A stretch of DNA of 64,000 nucleotides from Nemertoderma westbladi (GCA_032718475.1 JAUCBJ010003790.1:1-64000); one strand, 5' to 3'. Shown: positions 13,401 to 27,777, counted from the first letter of the stretch. Notes: generated from the letters alone by a model not told the origin. Numbers and translations are program-made.

Positions 13401-16400
13401 ACAAGAACGAATAATACATGCAATGCACCAAGGGCTATGAGAAACTCAAGAGAGTAGAAGCGTTGGTTGTCACTTGGGTTGAGATAAGACAAGAAAGAAT
13501 AATACACACAATACACCAAGGGCTAGGAGAAACTCAAGAGAGTAGAAGCGTTGGGGGTCACTTGGGTCGAGATAAGACAAGAAAGAATAATACACTCAAT
13601 ACACAAAGGGCTAGGAGAAACTCAAGAGAGTAGAAGCGTTGGTGGTCACTTGGGTCGAGATAAGACAAGAACGAATAATACACTCAATACACAAAGGGCT
13701 AGGAGAAACTCAAGAGAGTAGAAGCGTTGGTTGTCACTTGGGTCGAGATAAGACAAGAACGAATAATACACTCAATACACCAAGGGCTAGGAGAAACTCA
13801 AGAGAGTAGAAGCGTTGGTTGTCACTTGGGTTGAGATAAGACAAGAACGAATAATACACTCAATACACAAAGGGCTAGGAGAAACTCAAGAGAGTAGAAG
13901 CGTTGGTGGTTACTTGGGTCGAGATAAGACAAGAACGAATAATACACTCAATACACAAAGGGCTAGGAGAAACTCAAGAGAGTAGAAGCATTGGGGGTCA
14001 CTTGGGTCGAGATAAGACAAGAACGAATAATACATGCAATATACCAAGGCCTAGGAGAAACTCAAGAGAGTAGAAGCGTTGGTTGTCACTTGGGTCGAGA
14101 TAAGACAAGAACGAATAATACATGCAATGCACCAAGGGCTAGGAGAAACTCAAGAGAGTAGAAGCGTTGGTTGTCACTTGGGTCGAGATAAGACAAGAAC
14201 GAATAATACACACAATACACCAAGGGCTAGGAGAAACTCAAGAGAGTAGAAGCGTTGGGGGTCACTTGGGTCGAGATAAGACAAGAACGAATAATACATG
14301 CAATACACAAAGGGCTAGGAGAAACTCAAGAGAGTAGAAGCGTTGGGGGTCACTTGCGTCGAGATAAGACAAGAATGAATAATACACTCAATACACAAAG
14401 GGCTAGGAGAAACTCAAGAGAGTAGAAGCGTTGGGGGTCACTTGGGTCGAGATAAGACAAGAACGAATAATACATGCAATGCACCAAGGGCTATGAGAAA
14501 CTCAAGAGAGTAGAAGCGTTGGTGGTCACTTGGGTCGAGATAAGACAAGAACGAATAATACATGCAATACACAAAGGGCTAGGAGAAACTCAAGAGAGTA
14601 GAAGCGTTGGTGGTCACTTGGGTCGAGATAAGACAAGAACGAATAATACATGCAATACACAAAGGGCTAGGAGAAACTCAAGAGAGTAGAAGCGTTGGTG
14701 GTTACTCGGGTCGAGATAAGACAAGAACGAATAATACATGCAATGCACCAAGGGCTAGGAGAAACTCAAGAGAGTAGAAGCGTTGGTGGTCACTTGGGTC
14801 GAGATAAGACAAGAACGAATAATACACTCAATAGACAAAGGGCTAGGAGAAACTCAAGAGAGTAGAAGCGTTGGGGGTCACTTGGGTCGAGATAAGACAA
14901 GAAAGAATAATACACACAATAGACCAAGGGCTAGGAGAAACTCAAGAGAGTAGAAGCGTTGGTTGTCACTTGGGTCGAGTTAAGACAAGAATGAGTAATA
15001 CATGCAATGCACCAAGGGCTATGAGAAACTCAAGAGAGTAGAAGCGTTGGTGGTCACTTGGGTCGAGTTAAGACAAGAATGAGTAATACATGCAATACAC
15101 AAAGGGCTAGGAGAAACTCAAGAGAGTAGAAGCGTTGGTGGTTACTCGGGTCGAGATAAGACAAGAACGAATAATACATGCAATGCACCAAGGGCTAGGA
15201 GAAACTCAAGAGAGTAGAAGCGTTGTTGGTCACTTGGGTCGAGTTAAGACAAGAATGAGTAATACATGCAATGCACCAAGGGCTAGGAGAAACTCAAGAG
15301 AGTAGAAGCGTTGGTGGTCACTTGGGTCGAGATAAGACAAGAACGAATAATACATGCAATGCACCAAGGGCAAGGAGAAACTCAGAGAGTAGAAGCGTTG
15401 GTTGTCACTTGGGTTGAGATAAGACAAGAAAGAATAATACACACAATACACCAAGGGCTAGGAGAAACTCAAGAGAGTAGAAGCGTTGGTGGTCACTTGG
15501 GTCGAGTTAAGACAAGAATGAGTAATACATGCAATACACAAAGGGCTAGGAGAAACTCAAGAGAGTAGAAGCGTTGGTGGTCACTTGGGTCGAGATAAGA
15601 CAAGAAAGAATAATACATGCAATGCACCAAGGGCTAGGAGAAACTCAAGAGAGTAGAAGCGTTGGTGGTCACTTGGGTCGAGTTAAGACAAGAAAGAATA
15701 ATACATGCAATGCACCAAGGGCTAGGAGAAACTCAAGAGAGTAGAAGCGTTGGTGGTCACTTGGGTCGAGATAAGACAAGAAAGAATAATACATGCAATG
15801 CACCAAGGGCTAGGAGAAACTCAACAGAGTAGAAGTGTTGGTGGTTACTCGGGTCGAGATAAGACAAGAACGAATAATACATGCAATGCACCAAGGGCTA
15901 GGAGAAACTCAAGAGAGTAGAAGCGTTGTTGGTCACTTGGGTCGAGTTAAGACAAGAACGAATAATACACTCAATACACAAAGGGCTAGGAGAAACTCAA
16001 GAGAGTAGAAGCGTTGGTTGTCACTTGGGTCGAGATAAGACAAGAAAGAATAATACACTCAATACACAAAGGGCTAGGAGAAACTCAAGAGAGTAGAAGC
16101 GTTGTTGGTCACTTGGGTCGAGTTAAGACAAGAACGAATAATACACTCAATACACAAAGGGCTAGGAGAAACTCAAGAGAGTAGAAGCATTGGTGGTTAC
16201 TCGGGTCGAGATAAGACAAGAACGAATAATACATGCAATGCACCAAGGGCTAGGAGAAACTCAAGAGAGTAGAAGCGTTGTTGGTCACTTGGGTCGAGTT
16301 AAGACAAGAACGAATAATACACACAATACACCAAGGGCTAGGAGAAACTCAAGAGAGTAGAAGCGTTGGTGGTTACTCGGGTCGAGATAAGACAAGAACG

Positions 16401-19400
16401 AATAATACATGCAATGCACCAAGGGCTAGGAGAAACTCAACAGAGTAGAAGCGTTGGGGGTCACTTGGGTCGAGTTAAGACAAGAATGAGTAATACATGC
16501 AATGCACCAAGGGCTAGGAGAAACTCAAGAGAGTAGAAGCGTTGGTGGTCACTTGGGTCGAGTTAAGACAAGAATGAGTAATACATGCAATACACAAAAG
16601 GCTAGGAGAAACTCAAGAGAGTAGAAGCGTTGGGGGTCACTTGGGTCGAGTTAAGACAAGAATGAGTAATACATGCAATGCACCAAGGGCTAGGAGAAAC
16701 TCAAGAGAGTAGAAGCGTTGGTGGTCACTTGGGTCGAGTTAAGACAAGAATGAGTAATACATGCAATACACAAAGGGCTAGGAGAAATTCAAGAGAGTAG
16801 AAGCGTTGGTTGTCACTTGGGTCGAGATAAGACAAGAAAGAATAATACACTCAATACACAAAGGGCTAGGAGAAACTCAAGAGAGTAGAAGCGTTGTTGG
16901 TCACTTGGGTCGAGTTAAGACAAGAAAGAATAATACACTCAATACACAAAGGGCTAGGAGAAACTCAAGAGAGTAGAAGCGTTGTTGGTCACTTGGGTCG
17001 AGTTAAGACAAGAACGAATAATACACTCAATACACAAAGGGCTAGGAGAAACTCAAGAGAGTAGAAGCATTGGTGGTTACTCGGGTCGAGATAAGACAAG
17101 AACGAATAATACATGCAATGCACCAAGGGCTAGGAGAAACTCAAGAGAGTAGAAGCGTTGTTGGTCACTTGGGTCGAGTTAAGACAAGAACGAATAATAC
17201 ACACAATACACCAAGGGCTAGGAGAAACTCAAGAGAGTAGAAGCGTTGGTGGTTACTCGGGTCGAGATAAGACAAGAACGAATAATACATGCAATGCACC
17301 AAGGGCTAGGAGAAACTCAACAGAGTAGAAGCGTTGGGGGTCACTTGGGTCGAGTTAAGACAAGAATGAGTAATACATGCAATGCACCAAGGGCTAGGAG
17401 AAACTCAAGAGAGTAGAAGCGTTGGTGGTCACTTGGGTCGAGTTAAGACAAGAATGAGTAATACATGCAATACACAAAGGGCTAGGAGAAACTCAAGAGA
17501 GTAGAAGCGTTGGGGGTCACTTGGGTCGAGTTAAGACAAGAATGAGTAATACATGCAATGCACCAAGGGCTAGGAGAAACTCAAGAGAGTAGAAGCGTTG
17601 GTGGTCACTTGGGTCGAGTTAAGACAAGAATGAGTAATACATGCAATACACAAAGGGCTAGGAGAAATTCAAGAGAGTAGAAGCGTTGGTGGTTACTCGG
17701 GTCGAGATAAGACAAGAACGAATAATACATGCAATGCACCAAGGGCTAGGAGAAACTCAAGAGAGTAGAAGCGTTGGTGGTCACTTGGGTCGAGTTAAGA
17801 CAAGAATGAGTAATACATGCAATACACAAAGGGCTAGGAGAAACTCAAGAGAGTAGAAGCGTTGGTTGTCACTTGGGTTGAGATAAGACAAGAAAGAATA
17901 ATACACACAATACACCAAGGGCTAGGAGAAACTCAAGAGAGTAGAAGCGTTGGTTGTCACTTGGGTCGAGATAAGACAAGAAAGAATAATACACGCAATA
18001 CACCAAGGGCTAGGAGAAACTCAAGAGAGTAGAAGCGTTGGTGGTCACTTGGGTCGAGATAAGACAAGAACGAATAATACACTGCAATACACCAAGGGCT
18101 AGGAGAAACTCAAGAGAGTAGAAGCGTTGGTGGTCACTTGGGTCGAGATAAGACAAGAAAGAATAATACACACAATACACCAAGGGCTAGGAGAAACTCA
18201 AGAGAGTAGAAGCGTTGGTGGTCACTTGGGTCGAGTTAAGACAAGAATGAGTAATACATGCAATACACAAAGGGCTAGGAGAAACTCAAGAGAGTAGAAG
18301 CGTTGGTTGTCACTTGGGTTGAGATAAGACAAGAAAGAATAATACACACAATACACCAAGGGCTAGAAGAAACTCAAGAGAGTAGAAGCGTTGGTGGTCA
18401 CTTGGGTCGAGTTAAGACAAGAATGAGTAATACATGCAATGCACCAAGGGCTAGGAGAAACTCAAGAGAGTAGAAGCGTTGGTGGTTACTCGGGTCGAGA
18501 TAAGACAAGAACGAATAATACATGCAATGCACCAAGGGCTAGGAGAAACTCAAGAGAGTAGAAGCGTTGTTGGTCACTTGGGTCGAGTTAAGACAAGAAC
18601 GAATAATACACACAATACACCAAGGGCTAGGAGAAACTCAAGAGAGTAGAAGCGTTGGTGGTCACTTGGGTCGAGTTAAGACAAGAATGAGTAATACATG
18701 CAATACACAAAGGGCTAGGAGAAACTCAAGAGAGTAGAAGCGTTGGTGGTTACTCGGGTCGAGATAAGACAAGAACGAATAATACATGCAATGCACCAAG
18801 GGCTAGGAGAAACTCAAGAGAGTAGAAGCGTTGTTGGTCACTTGGGTCGAGTTAAGACAAGAACGAATAATACACACAATACACCAAGGGCTAGGAGAAA
18901 CTCAAGAGAGTAGAAGCGTTGGTGGTCACTTGGGTCGAGTTAAGACAAGAATGAGTAATACATGCAATACACCAAGGGCTAGGAGAAACTCAAGAGAGTA
19001 GAAGCGTTGGTGGTCACTTGGGTCGAGTTAAGACAAGAAAGAATAATACATGCAATGCACCAAGGGCTAGGAGAAACTCAAGAGAGTAGAAGCGTTGGTG
19101 GTCACTTGGGTCGAGATAAGACAAGAACGAATAATACACACAATACACCAAGGGCTAGGAGAAACTCAAGAGAGTAGAAGCGTTGGTGGTCACTTGGGTC
19201 GAGATAAGACAAGAATGAGTAATACATGCAATGCACCAAGGGCTAGGAGAAACTCAAGAGAGTAGAAGCGTTGGTGATCACTTGGGTCGAGTTAAGACAA
19301 GAACTAATAATACACACAATACACCAAGGGCTAGGAGAAACTCAAGAGAGTAGAAGCGTTGGTGGTCACTTGGGTCGAGTTAAGACAATAATGAGTAATA

Positions 19401-20097
19401 CATGCAATACACCAAGGGCTAGGAGAAACTCAAGAGAGTAGAAGCGTTGGTGGTCACTTGGGTCGAGTTAAGACAAGAAAGAATAATACATGCAATGCAC
19501 CAAGGGCTAGGAGAAACTCAAGAGAGTAGAAGCGTTGGTGGTCACTTGGGTCGAGATAAGACAAGAACGAATAATACACTCAATACACAAAGGGCTAGAA
19601 GAAACTCAAGAGAGTAGAAGCGTTGGTTGTCACTTGGGTTGAGATAAGACAAGAAAGAATAATACACACAATACACCAAGGGCTAGGAGAAACTCAAGAG
19701 AGTAGAAGCGTTGGTGGTCACTTGGGTCGAGATAAGACAAGAATGAGTAATACATGCAATGCACCAAGGGCTAGGAGAAACTCAAGAGAGTAGAAGCGTT
19801 GGTGGTCACTTGGGTCGAGATAAGACAAGAACGAATAATACACTCAATACACAAAGGGCTAGGAGAAACTCAAGAGAGTAGAAGCGTTGGTTGTCACTTG
19901 GGTTGAGATAAGACAAGAAAGAATAATACACACAATACACCAAGGGCTAGGAGAAACTCAAGAGAGTAGAAGCGTTGGTGGTCACTTGGGTCGAGATAAG
20001 ACAAGAAAGAATAATACATGCAATGCACCAAGGGCTATGAGAAACTCAAGAGAGTAGAAGCGTTGGTTGTCACTTGGGTTGAGTTAAGACAAGAATG
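7424..20097 (+). repeat. 88-bp tandem satellite, about 144 copies (12.7 kb), with higher-order variant blocks
   Basis: Unit ATGCAATACACCAAGGGCTAGGAGAAACTCAAGAGAGTAGAAGCGTTGGTGGTCACTTGGGTCGAGATAAGACAAGAAAGAATAATAC. Identical multi-unit variant runs recur, e.g. at 10954 and 13418. Confidence 0.98.
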
Positions 20098-20387
20098 AAG
20101 CTTCAAGAAATGTGTTTATTACTAGGTATATAAATACAGACCCATAATCACGATACTGTCTTACATTTATTTTATATCACTAGGCCTATATGTACGACTT
20201 TCATATATGTTTACCATTTAATTATTTTTATTATTTAAATTTACTATTAATTATTATAATACTGTAGTGGCCTACATCCACTTCGGATATTAAATAAATA
20301 TAAACCAACATAAATACATTATGTAACACTCAGGTTGGAACGGGTTTCTATGTGTGTAATATCATTTGGATATTTTAAATATACATT

Positions 20388-20850
20388 TTGGAGTTAGATA
20401 TACTCATACTGTAAGTGGTCAGTCAAAAGCAACTCTGAGCACCGACAGACATCTAGTACTCTATAGATTTACTTCTCATTGATTTGCTCCCCCCCCCCCC
20501 CCCCCCCCTTAAGTTTTATTTAGGTTTTATTGTTCCCTGGAAATCTGCAATAAAAGTCCGACACAAAATAAATTAAGTAACTCAAACTTCTCTCCCTCCC
20601 CAAGAATACTGAATGTTTCAGTTTCAGAGGGTTTGGGGGCTTTAGATCAATGGCAATGCCAAAATTTCTTCTAAATTTATAAGATTTATGACATGTTACA
20701 TGACAATATTACAGATGGGGGGAAACTGGAGTTAGATATACTAAGTGGTCAGTCAAAAGCAACTCCGAGCACCGGCCAACATGTATTACTCTATAGATTT
20801 ACTTTTCATTGATTTGCTTCACCCCCCCCCCCCCCCCCCCCCCCCCTCTT
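20388..20850 (+). repeat. Local direct duplication of about 120 bp, each copy ending in poly-C
   Basis: TGGAGTTAGATATACT...AAGTGGTCAGTCAAAAGCAACTC...CATTGATTTGCT-polyC occurs at about 20388-20510 and 20728-20850. Confidence 0.8.
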
Positions 20851-21094
20851 AAATTTAATTCATTAATTAATTTTGTTCTTTCTATGAACCTATGATTTAA
20901 TTAATACAATTGATTTCTTCACATAAACATCTTAATGAATAAATAATAATTATGAAACCAATATAATAATTAATATAGATTCATTGCGAACCAAATATGA
21001 GTACCAACTCTTGATTGCCAACTCCATACCAACTCCAATACAATGCATTAAATAAAAAGAAGCTAACGTTTTATATAATTTTCTTTAAAAAAAG

Positions 21095-21256
21095 GGCAGT
21101 ACATGCTGCCTTTAGGTAGTACTAATTGCCTAGGCGGTTAATACTACGGTAGTAACTGATGCCTAGGCATATTGTAATACGGTAGTACTGAGTGCCGATG
21201 CACCACGTACTATGGTAGTATATTTTTGAGGTAGTATTAGCTGCCTGTTACACCGG
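21095..21256. mobile_element. Short MITE-like element related to the 53-bp satellite
   Basis: Contains degenerate copies of the satellite submotifs (GGTAGTACTAATTGCCTAGGC, GTACTATGGTAGTA). Confidence 0.5.
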
Positions 21257-21872
21257 GCCAGATAGGGTTAAGGGGGATGGTTTTTATAGTGTTTGTTGTT
21301 GTTACATAACATATATAAATATTTTAACCACCCCCACTAAACATATTATTTATTTATTCATACCTAACATACCAAACCTACGGAAGCCCATAGCGGCCAG
21401 GACACAAACATTAAAGTGACAAATTGTGAGACAAGGAAAGGACGTTGAAATGACATAGACCGAATATTAATTATAATTAGTGAATCCATAGGTTATCTAC
21501 CAGTTGCTAAAGTCCAATCGATTAAATCTATAAAGACGAGTAAATTTACCCATTGTATGGTAGATAATATGCAGTAAGTTATTGTTTGAACACAGATAGA
21601 ACACTGTACCAAACACTGTACGTACATAGGTACTGTAGCTAATTTTATTTAAATAAATGATTATACTATACACTACAGTAGGTATTTATATAATAAATAA
21701 ATTATGCAATAGTTGTACAGAAGATAATGGGCCAAATTGTTTGTCATTGATGGAGAGTTGATATATTTTAATTGTTTGATATTTTATTTTATTGTAATAA
21801 GTAAATAGATATTGTATTAAGTTTTAGTAGCCGATGTGGTTTGTATAGAATCCTCTTGGTGGGTAGATCGTC

Positions 21873-22631
21873 ATGGCAACTAAAGACAGCGACCCTTTGG
21901 TTAAACCGGGTCTGCCGTCCTACTACTCCAACATGGAAGAGGACTACACCACACCTACAGCCCCAGAGATCTCTGGTCCGGTCACCTTCCCAGGGAGACA
22001 GGAGGACCCACCCCCCGCCTACAGTCTGTACCAGACACCCACTCCCAGCATAGAGTGCAAGGTCTGTATGACTCCAGTAAGTCTGGAAGGGAAGTCCAAA
22101 CAGTCGGTGGTTAAATGCGGCCATTGTGGTGAGGCGTCGCCGGTGAAAGCGCCCCCTAGTGGTAAGAAGTATGTTCGGTGTCCGTGCAACTGTCTGCTTA
22201 TCTGTAGACTGCAGAGTACCAAAGTGGCCTGTCCGAGGCCCCAATGTAAGCGAATAATAACGCTAACGGGAGGGGTCCCGACCTCCCAAGTCTGTCCGAA
22301 CAGAGTGACCGCGATCTGTGGGCACTGTAGCGGCTCGTTTGTGTGTCAAGGGAAGAGCAGTCTGTCCAAGTGTCCCCAATGCGGTCGCGTCTCCTCTGTG
22401 GGTAACTTCGCACGCACTAGAGGCGCTATTTACCTTTCTATAGGAGCTGTGTTTCTACTCGCCGCCACTGCAGTTACCATAGCAACCGTGGAGTCTGCTT
22501 CCGGCGGTATGTATTTCGTGTGGACCGGCGGATTTGTTGTCGGGGTTTCTTTGATATTCAGAGGATTATGGATGTTTTGCATCACAACCAGCCCAACACA
22601 AACCGCAACCAATAATCCACAAAACAGTTAA
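21873..22631 (+). CDS. TMEM55: TMEM55/PIP4P-family lysosomal membrane protein; single exon
   Basis: 252 aa with an N-terminal DxxPLV sorting-like motif, PPAY, CxxC pairs, the family-diagnostic APPSGKKYVRCPCNCLLIC...ACPRPQCKRIITL and CPQCGRVSSVG, and two C-terminal TM helices. Confidence 0.93.
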   Translation: MATKDSDPLVKPGLPSYYSNMEEDYTTPTAPEISGPVTFPGRQEDPPPAYSLYQTPTPSIECKVCMTPVSLEGKSKQSVVKCGHCGEASPVKAPPSGKKYVRCPCNCLLICRLQSTKVACPRPQCKRIITLTGGVPTSQVCPNRVTAICGHCSGSFVCQGKSSLSKCPQCGRVSSVGNFARTRGAIYLSIGAVFLLAATAVTIATVESASGGMYFVWTGGFVVGVSLIFRGLWMFCITTSPTQTATNNPQNS

Positions 22632-22849
22632 CAACGACGCATTTCTCTATTTAAGTCATTGAAAGTAAAATACCCACACAAAAATTTACATCTATAAAAA
22701 GGGTAACTACATTATATTTGTAAATAATAATTTAAATTTTATCATTTATTTTACAAAATCCTGTCCATTCAATACTATCAAACATCAGCTCAGCAATTTC
22801 TCGATGAGTTCCTTTATGTAAATTAAAGTTAATAATTATTATTGTTTCT

Positions 22850-25800
22850 ACTCTAATAATTGTTTCTTATCTAATAATAATTGTTTATTTTCTAATAATT
22901 ATTTATTTTCTAATAATTATTTATTCTCTAATAATAATTATTTCTTATCTAATATTTGTTTCTTCTCTAATAATTGTTTATTCTCTAATAATAATTGTTT
23001 CTTCTCTAATAATTGTTTCTTCTCTAATAATTGTTTCTTCTCTAATAATAATTGTTTATTCTCTAATAATTGTTTATTCTCTAATAATAATTGTTTCTTC
23101 TCTAATAATTGTTTCTTCTCTAATAATTGTTTCTTCTCTAATAATTGTTTCTTCTCTAATAATTGTTTCTTCTCTAATAATTGCTTCTTCTCTAATAATT
23201 GTTTCTTCTCTAATAATTGTTTATTCTCTAATAATAATTGTTTCTTCTCTAATAATTGTTTATTCTCTAATAATTGTTTATTCTCTAATAATTGTTTATT
23301 CTCTAATAATAATTGTTTCTTATCTAATATTTGTTTATTCTCTAATAATTGTTTCTTATCTAATAATTGTTTCTTATCTAATAATTGTTTCTTCTCTAAT
23401 ATTTGTTTATTCTCTAATAATAATTATTTCTTATCTAATAATTGTTTATTCTCTAATAATTGTTTCTTCTCTAATAATTGTTTCTTCTCTAATAATTGTT
23501 TCTTCTCTAATAATTGTTTCTTCTCTAATAATTGTTTCTTCTCTAATAATTGCTTCTTCTCTAATAATTGTTTCTTCTCTAATAATTGTTTATTCTCTAA
23601 TAATAATTGTTTCTTCTCTAATAATTGTTTATTCTCTAATAATTGTTTATTCTCTAATAATTGTTTATTCTCTAATAATAATTGTTTCTTATCTAATATT
23701 TGTTTATTCTCTAATAATTGTTTCTTATCTAATAATTGTTTCTTATCTAATAATTGTTTCTTCTCTAATATTTGTTTATTCTCTAATAATAATTATTTCT
23801 TATCTAATAATTGTTTATTCTCTAATAATTGTTTATTCTCTAATAATAATTGTTTCTTATCTAATATTTGTTTATTCTCTAATAATTATTTCTTATCTAA
23901 TAATTGTTTCTTCTCTAATAATTGTTTATTCGCTAATAATAATTGTTTCTTCTCTAATAATTGTTTATTCTCTAATAATTGTTTATTCTCTAATAATTGT
24001 TTATTCTCTAATAATAATTGTTTCTTATCTAATATTTGTTTATTCTCTAATAATTGTTTCTTATCTAATAATTGTTTCTTATCTAATAATTGTTTCTTCT
24101 CTAATAATTGTTTCTTCTCTAATATTTGTTTATTCTCTAATAATAATTATTTCTTATCTAATAATTGTTTCTTATCTAATAATTATTTCTTATCTAATAA
24201 TTGTTTTTTCTCTAATATTTGTTTATTCTATAATAATAATTATTTCTTATCTAATAATTGTTTCTTCTCTAATAATTGTTTCTTCTCTAATAATTGTTTC
24301 TTCTCTAATATTTGTTTATTCTCTAATAATAATTATTTCTTATCTAATAATTGTTTCTCCTCTAATAATTGTTTCTCCTCTAATAATTGTTTCTTCTCTA
24401 ATAATTGTTTCTTCTCTAATAATTGTTTATTCTCTAATAATAATTGTTTCTTCTCTAATAATTGTTTCTTCTCTAATAATTGTTTATTCTCTAATAATTG
24501 TTTATTCTCTAATAATAATTGTTTCTTCTCTAATAATTGTTTCTTCTCTAATAGTAATTGTTTCTTCTCTAATAATTGTTTCTTCTCTAATAATTGTTTA
24601 TTATCTAATAATAATTGTTTCTTCTCTAATAATTGTTTCTTCTCTAATAATTGTTTCTTCTCTAATAATAATTATTTCTTCTCTAATATTTGTTTATTCT
24701 ATAATAATAATTATTTATTCTCTAATAATTATTTCTTATCTAATAATTGTTTCTTCTCTAATAATAATTGTTTCTTCTCTAATAATTGTTTCTTCTCTAA
24801 TAATAAGTGTTTCTTCTCTAATAATTGTTTCTTCTCTAATAATTATTTCTTATCTAATAATTGTTTCTTCTCTAATAATTGTTTATTCTCTAATAATAAT
24901 TGTTTCTTCTCTAATAATTGTTTCTTCTCTAATAATTGTTTCTTCTCTAATAATTGTTTCTTCTCTAATAATTGTTTATTCTCTAATAATAATTGTTTCT
25001 TCTCTAATAATTGTTTCTTCTCTAATAATTGTTTCTTCTCTAATAATTGTTTATTCTCTAATAATAATTGTTTCTTCTCTAATAATTGTTTCTTCTCTAA
25101 TAATTGTTTCTTCTCTAATAATTGTTTATTCTCTAATAATAATTATTTCTTATCTAATAATTATTTCTTATCTAATAATTGTTTCTTCTCTAATAATTGT
25201 TTCTTCTCTAATAATTGTTTATTCTCTAATAATAATTATTTCTTATCTAATAATTGTTTCTTCTCTAATAATTGTTTCTTCTCTAATAATTATTTCTTCT
25301 CTAATAATTGTTTCTTCCCTAATAATTGTTTATTCTCTAATAATAATTATTTATTATCTAATAATTATTTCTTATCTAATAATTGTTTCTTCTCTAATAA
25401 TTGTTTCTTCTCTAATAATTGTTTCTTCTCTAATAATTGTTTATTCTCTAATAATAATTATTTCTTATCTAATAATTGTTTCTTCTCTAATAATTGTTTC
25501 TTCTCTAATAATTATTTCTTCTCTAATAATTGTTTCTTCCCTAATAATTGTTTATTCTCTAATAATAATTATTTCTTATCTAATAATTATTTCTTATCTA
25601 ATAATTGTTTCTTCTCTAATAATTGTTTCTTCTCTAATAATTGTTTATTCTCTAATAATAATTATTTCTTATCTAATAATCGTTTCTTCTCTAATAATTG
25701 TTTCTTCTCTAATAATAATTGTTTCTTCTCTAATAATTGTTTCTTCTCTAATAATTATTTATTCTCTAATAATTGTTTCTTCTCTAATAATTGTTTATTC

Positions 25801-27777
25801 TCTAATAATAATTGTTTCTTCTCTAATAATTGTTTCTTCTCTAATAATAATTGTTTCTTCTCTAATAATTGTTTCTTCTCTAATAATTATTTCTTCTCTA
25901 ATAATTGTTTCTTCTCTAATAATTGTTTCTTCTCTAATAATTGTTTCTTCTCTAATATTTGTTTATTCTCTAATAATTGTTTTTTCTCTAATAATTGTTT
26001 CTTCTCTAATAATAATTGTTTCTTCTCTAATATTTGTTTCTTCTCTAATAATTATTTATTCTCTAATAATTGTTTCTTCCCTAATAATTGTTTCTTCTCT
26101 AATAATTGTTTCTTCTCTAATAATTAATAATTGTTTCTTCTCTAATAATTAATAATTGTTTCTTCTCTAATAATTGTTTCTTCTCTAATAATTGTTTCTT
26201 CTCTAATAATTGTTTCTTCTCTAATAATTGTTTCTTCTCTAATAATTGTTTCTTCTCTAATAATTGTTTCTTCTCTAATAATTGTTTCTTCTCTAATAAT
26301 TGTTTATTCTCTAATAATAATTATTTCTTCTCTAATAATTGTTTATTCTCTAATAATAATTATTTCTTCTCTAATAATTGTTTCTTCTCTAATAATTGTT
26401 TCTTCTCTAATAATTGTTTCTTCTCTAATAATTGTTTCTTCTCTAATAATTGTTTCTTCTCTAATAATTGTTTATTCTCTAATAATAATTATTTCTTCTC
26501 TAATAATTGTTTCTTCTCTAATAACTGTTTCTTCTCTAATAATTGTTTCTTCTCTAATAATTGTTTCTTCTCTAATAATTGTTTATTCTCTAATAATTGT
26601 TTATTCTATAATAATAATTATTTCTTCTCTAATAATTGTTTCTTCTCTAATAATTGTTTCTTCTCTAATAATTGTTTCTTCTCTAATAATTGTTTCTTCT
26701 CTAATAATTGTTTCTTCTCTAATAATTGTTTCTTCTCTAATAATTGTTTATTCTCTAATAATAATTATTTCTTCTCTAATAATTGTTTCTTCTCTAATAA
26801 TTGTTTCTTCTCTAATAATTATTTCTTCTCTAATAATTGTTTCTTCTCTAACAATTGTTTCTTCTCTAATAATTGTTTCTTCTCTAATAATTGTTTATTC
26901 TCTAATAATGATTGTTTCTTCTCTAATAATTGTTTCTTCTCTAATAATTGTTTCTTCTCTAATAATTGTTTCTTCTCTAATAATTGTTTCTTCTCTAATA
27001 ATTGTTTATTCTCTAATAATAATTATTTCTTCTCTAATAATTGTTTCTTCTCTAATAATTGTTTCTTCTCTAATAATTGTTTCTTCTCTAATAATTGTTT
27101 CTCTCTAATAATTGTTTCTTCTCTAATAATTGTTTCTTCTCTAATAATTGTTTATTCTCTAATAATAATTATTTCTTCTCTAATAATTGTTTATTCTCTA
27201 ATAATAATTATTTCTTCTCTAATAATTGTTTCTTCTCTAATAATTATTTATTCTCTAATAATAATTATTTCTTCTCTAATAATTGTTTCTTCTCTAATAT
27301 TTGTTTCTTCTCTAATAATTGTTTATTCTCTAATAATTATTTCTTCTCTAATAATTGTTTATTATCTAATAATAATTGTTTCTTCTCTAATAATTGTTTA
27401 TTCTCTAATAATAATTGTTTATTCTCTAATAATTGGTTCTTCTCTAATATTTGTTTCTTCTCTAATAATTGTTTATTCTCTAATAATTGTTTCTTCTCTA
27501 ATAATAATTATTTATTCTCTAATAATTGTTTCTTCCCTAATAATTGTTTATTCTCTAATAATTGTTTCTTCTCTAATAATTGTTTATTCTCTAATAATAA
27601 TTGTTTCTTCTCTAATAATAATGTTTCTTCTCTAATAATTGTTTATTCTCTAATAATAATTGTTTCTTCTCTAATAATTGTTTATTATCTAATAATTGTT
27701 TCTTATCTAATAATTGTTTCTTATCTAATAATTGTTTCTTCTCTAATAATTGTTTCTTCTCTAATAATTATTTCTTA
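22850..27777 (+). repeat. 18/21-bp AT-rich minisatellite, left part
   Basis: Unit CTAATAATTGTTTCTTCT, with 21-bp variants carrying an extra AAT. Confidence 0.97.

Noticed and set aside
7609-15568. Repeated 71-aa ORFs (MQYTKGYEKLK...)
   Set aside because: By-products of the 88-bp satellite; the unit is not a multiple of 3 and most copies contain stops.
4390-20097. CRISPR-like regular repeats
   Set aside because: Units are head-to-tail with no unique spacers, there are no cas genes, and the context is eukaryotic.
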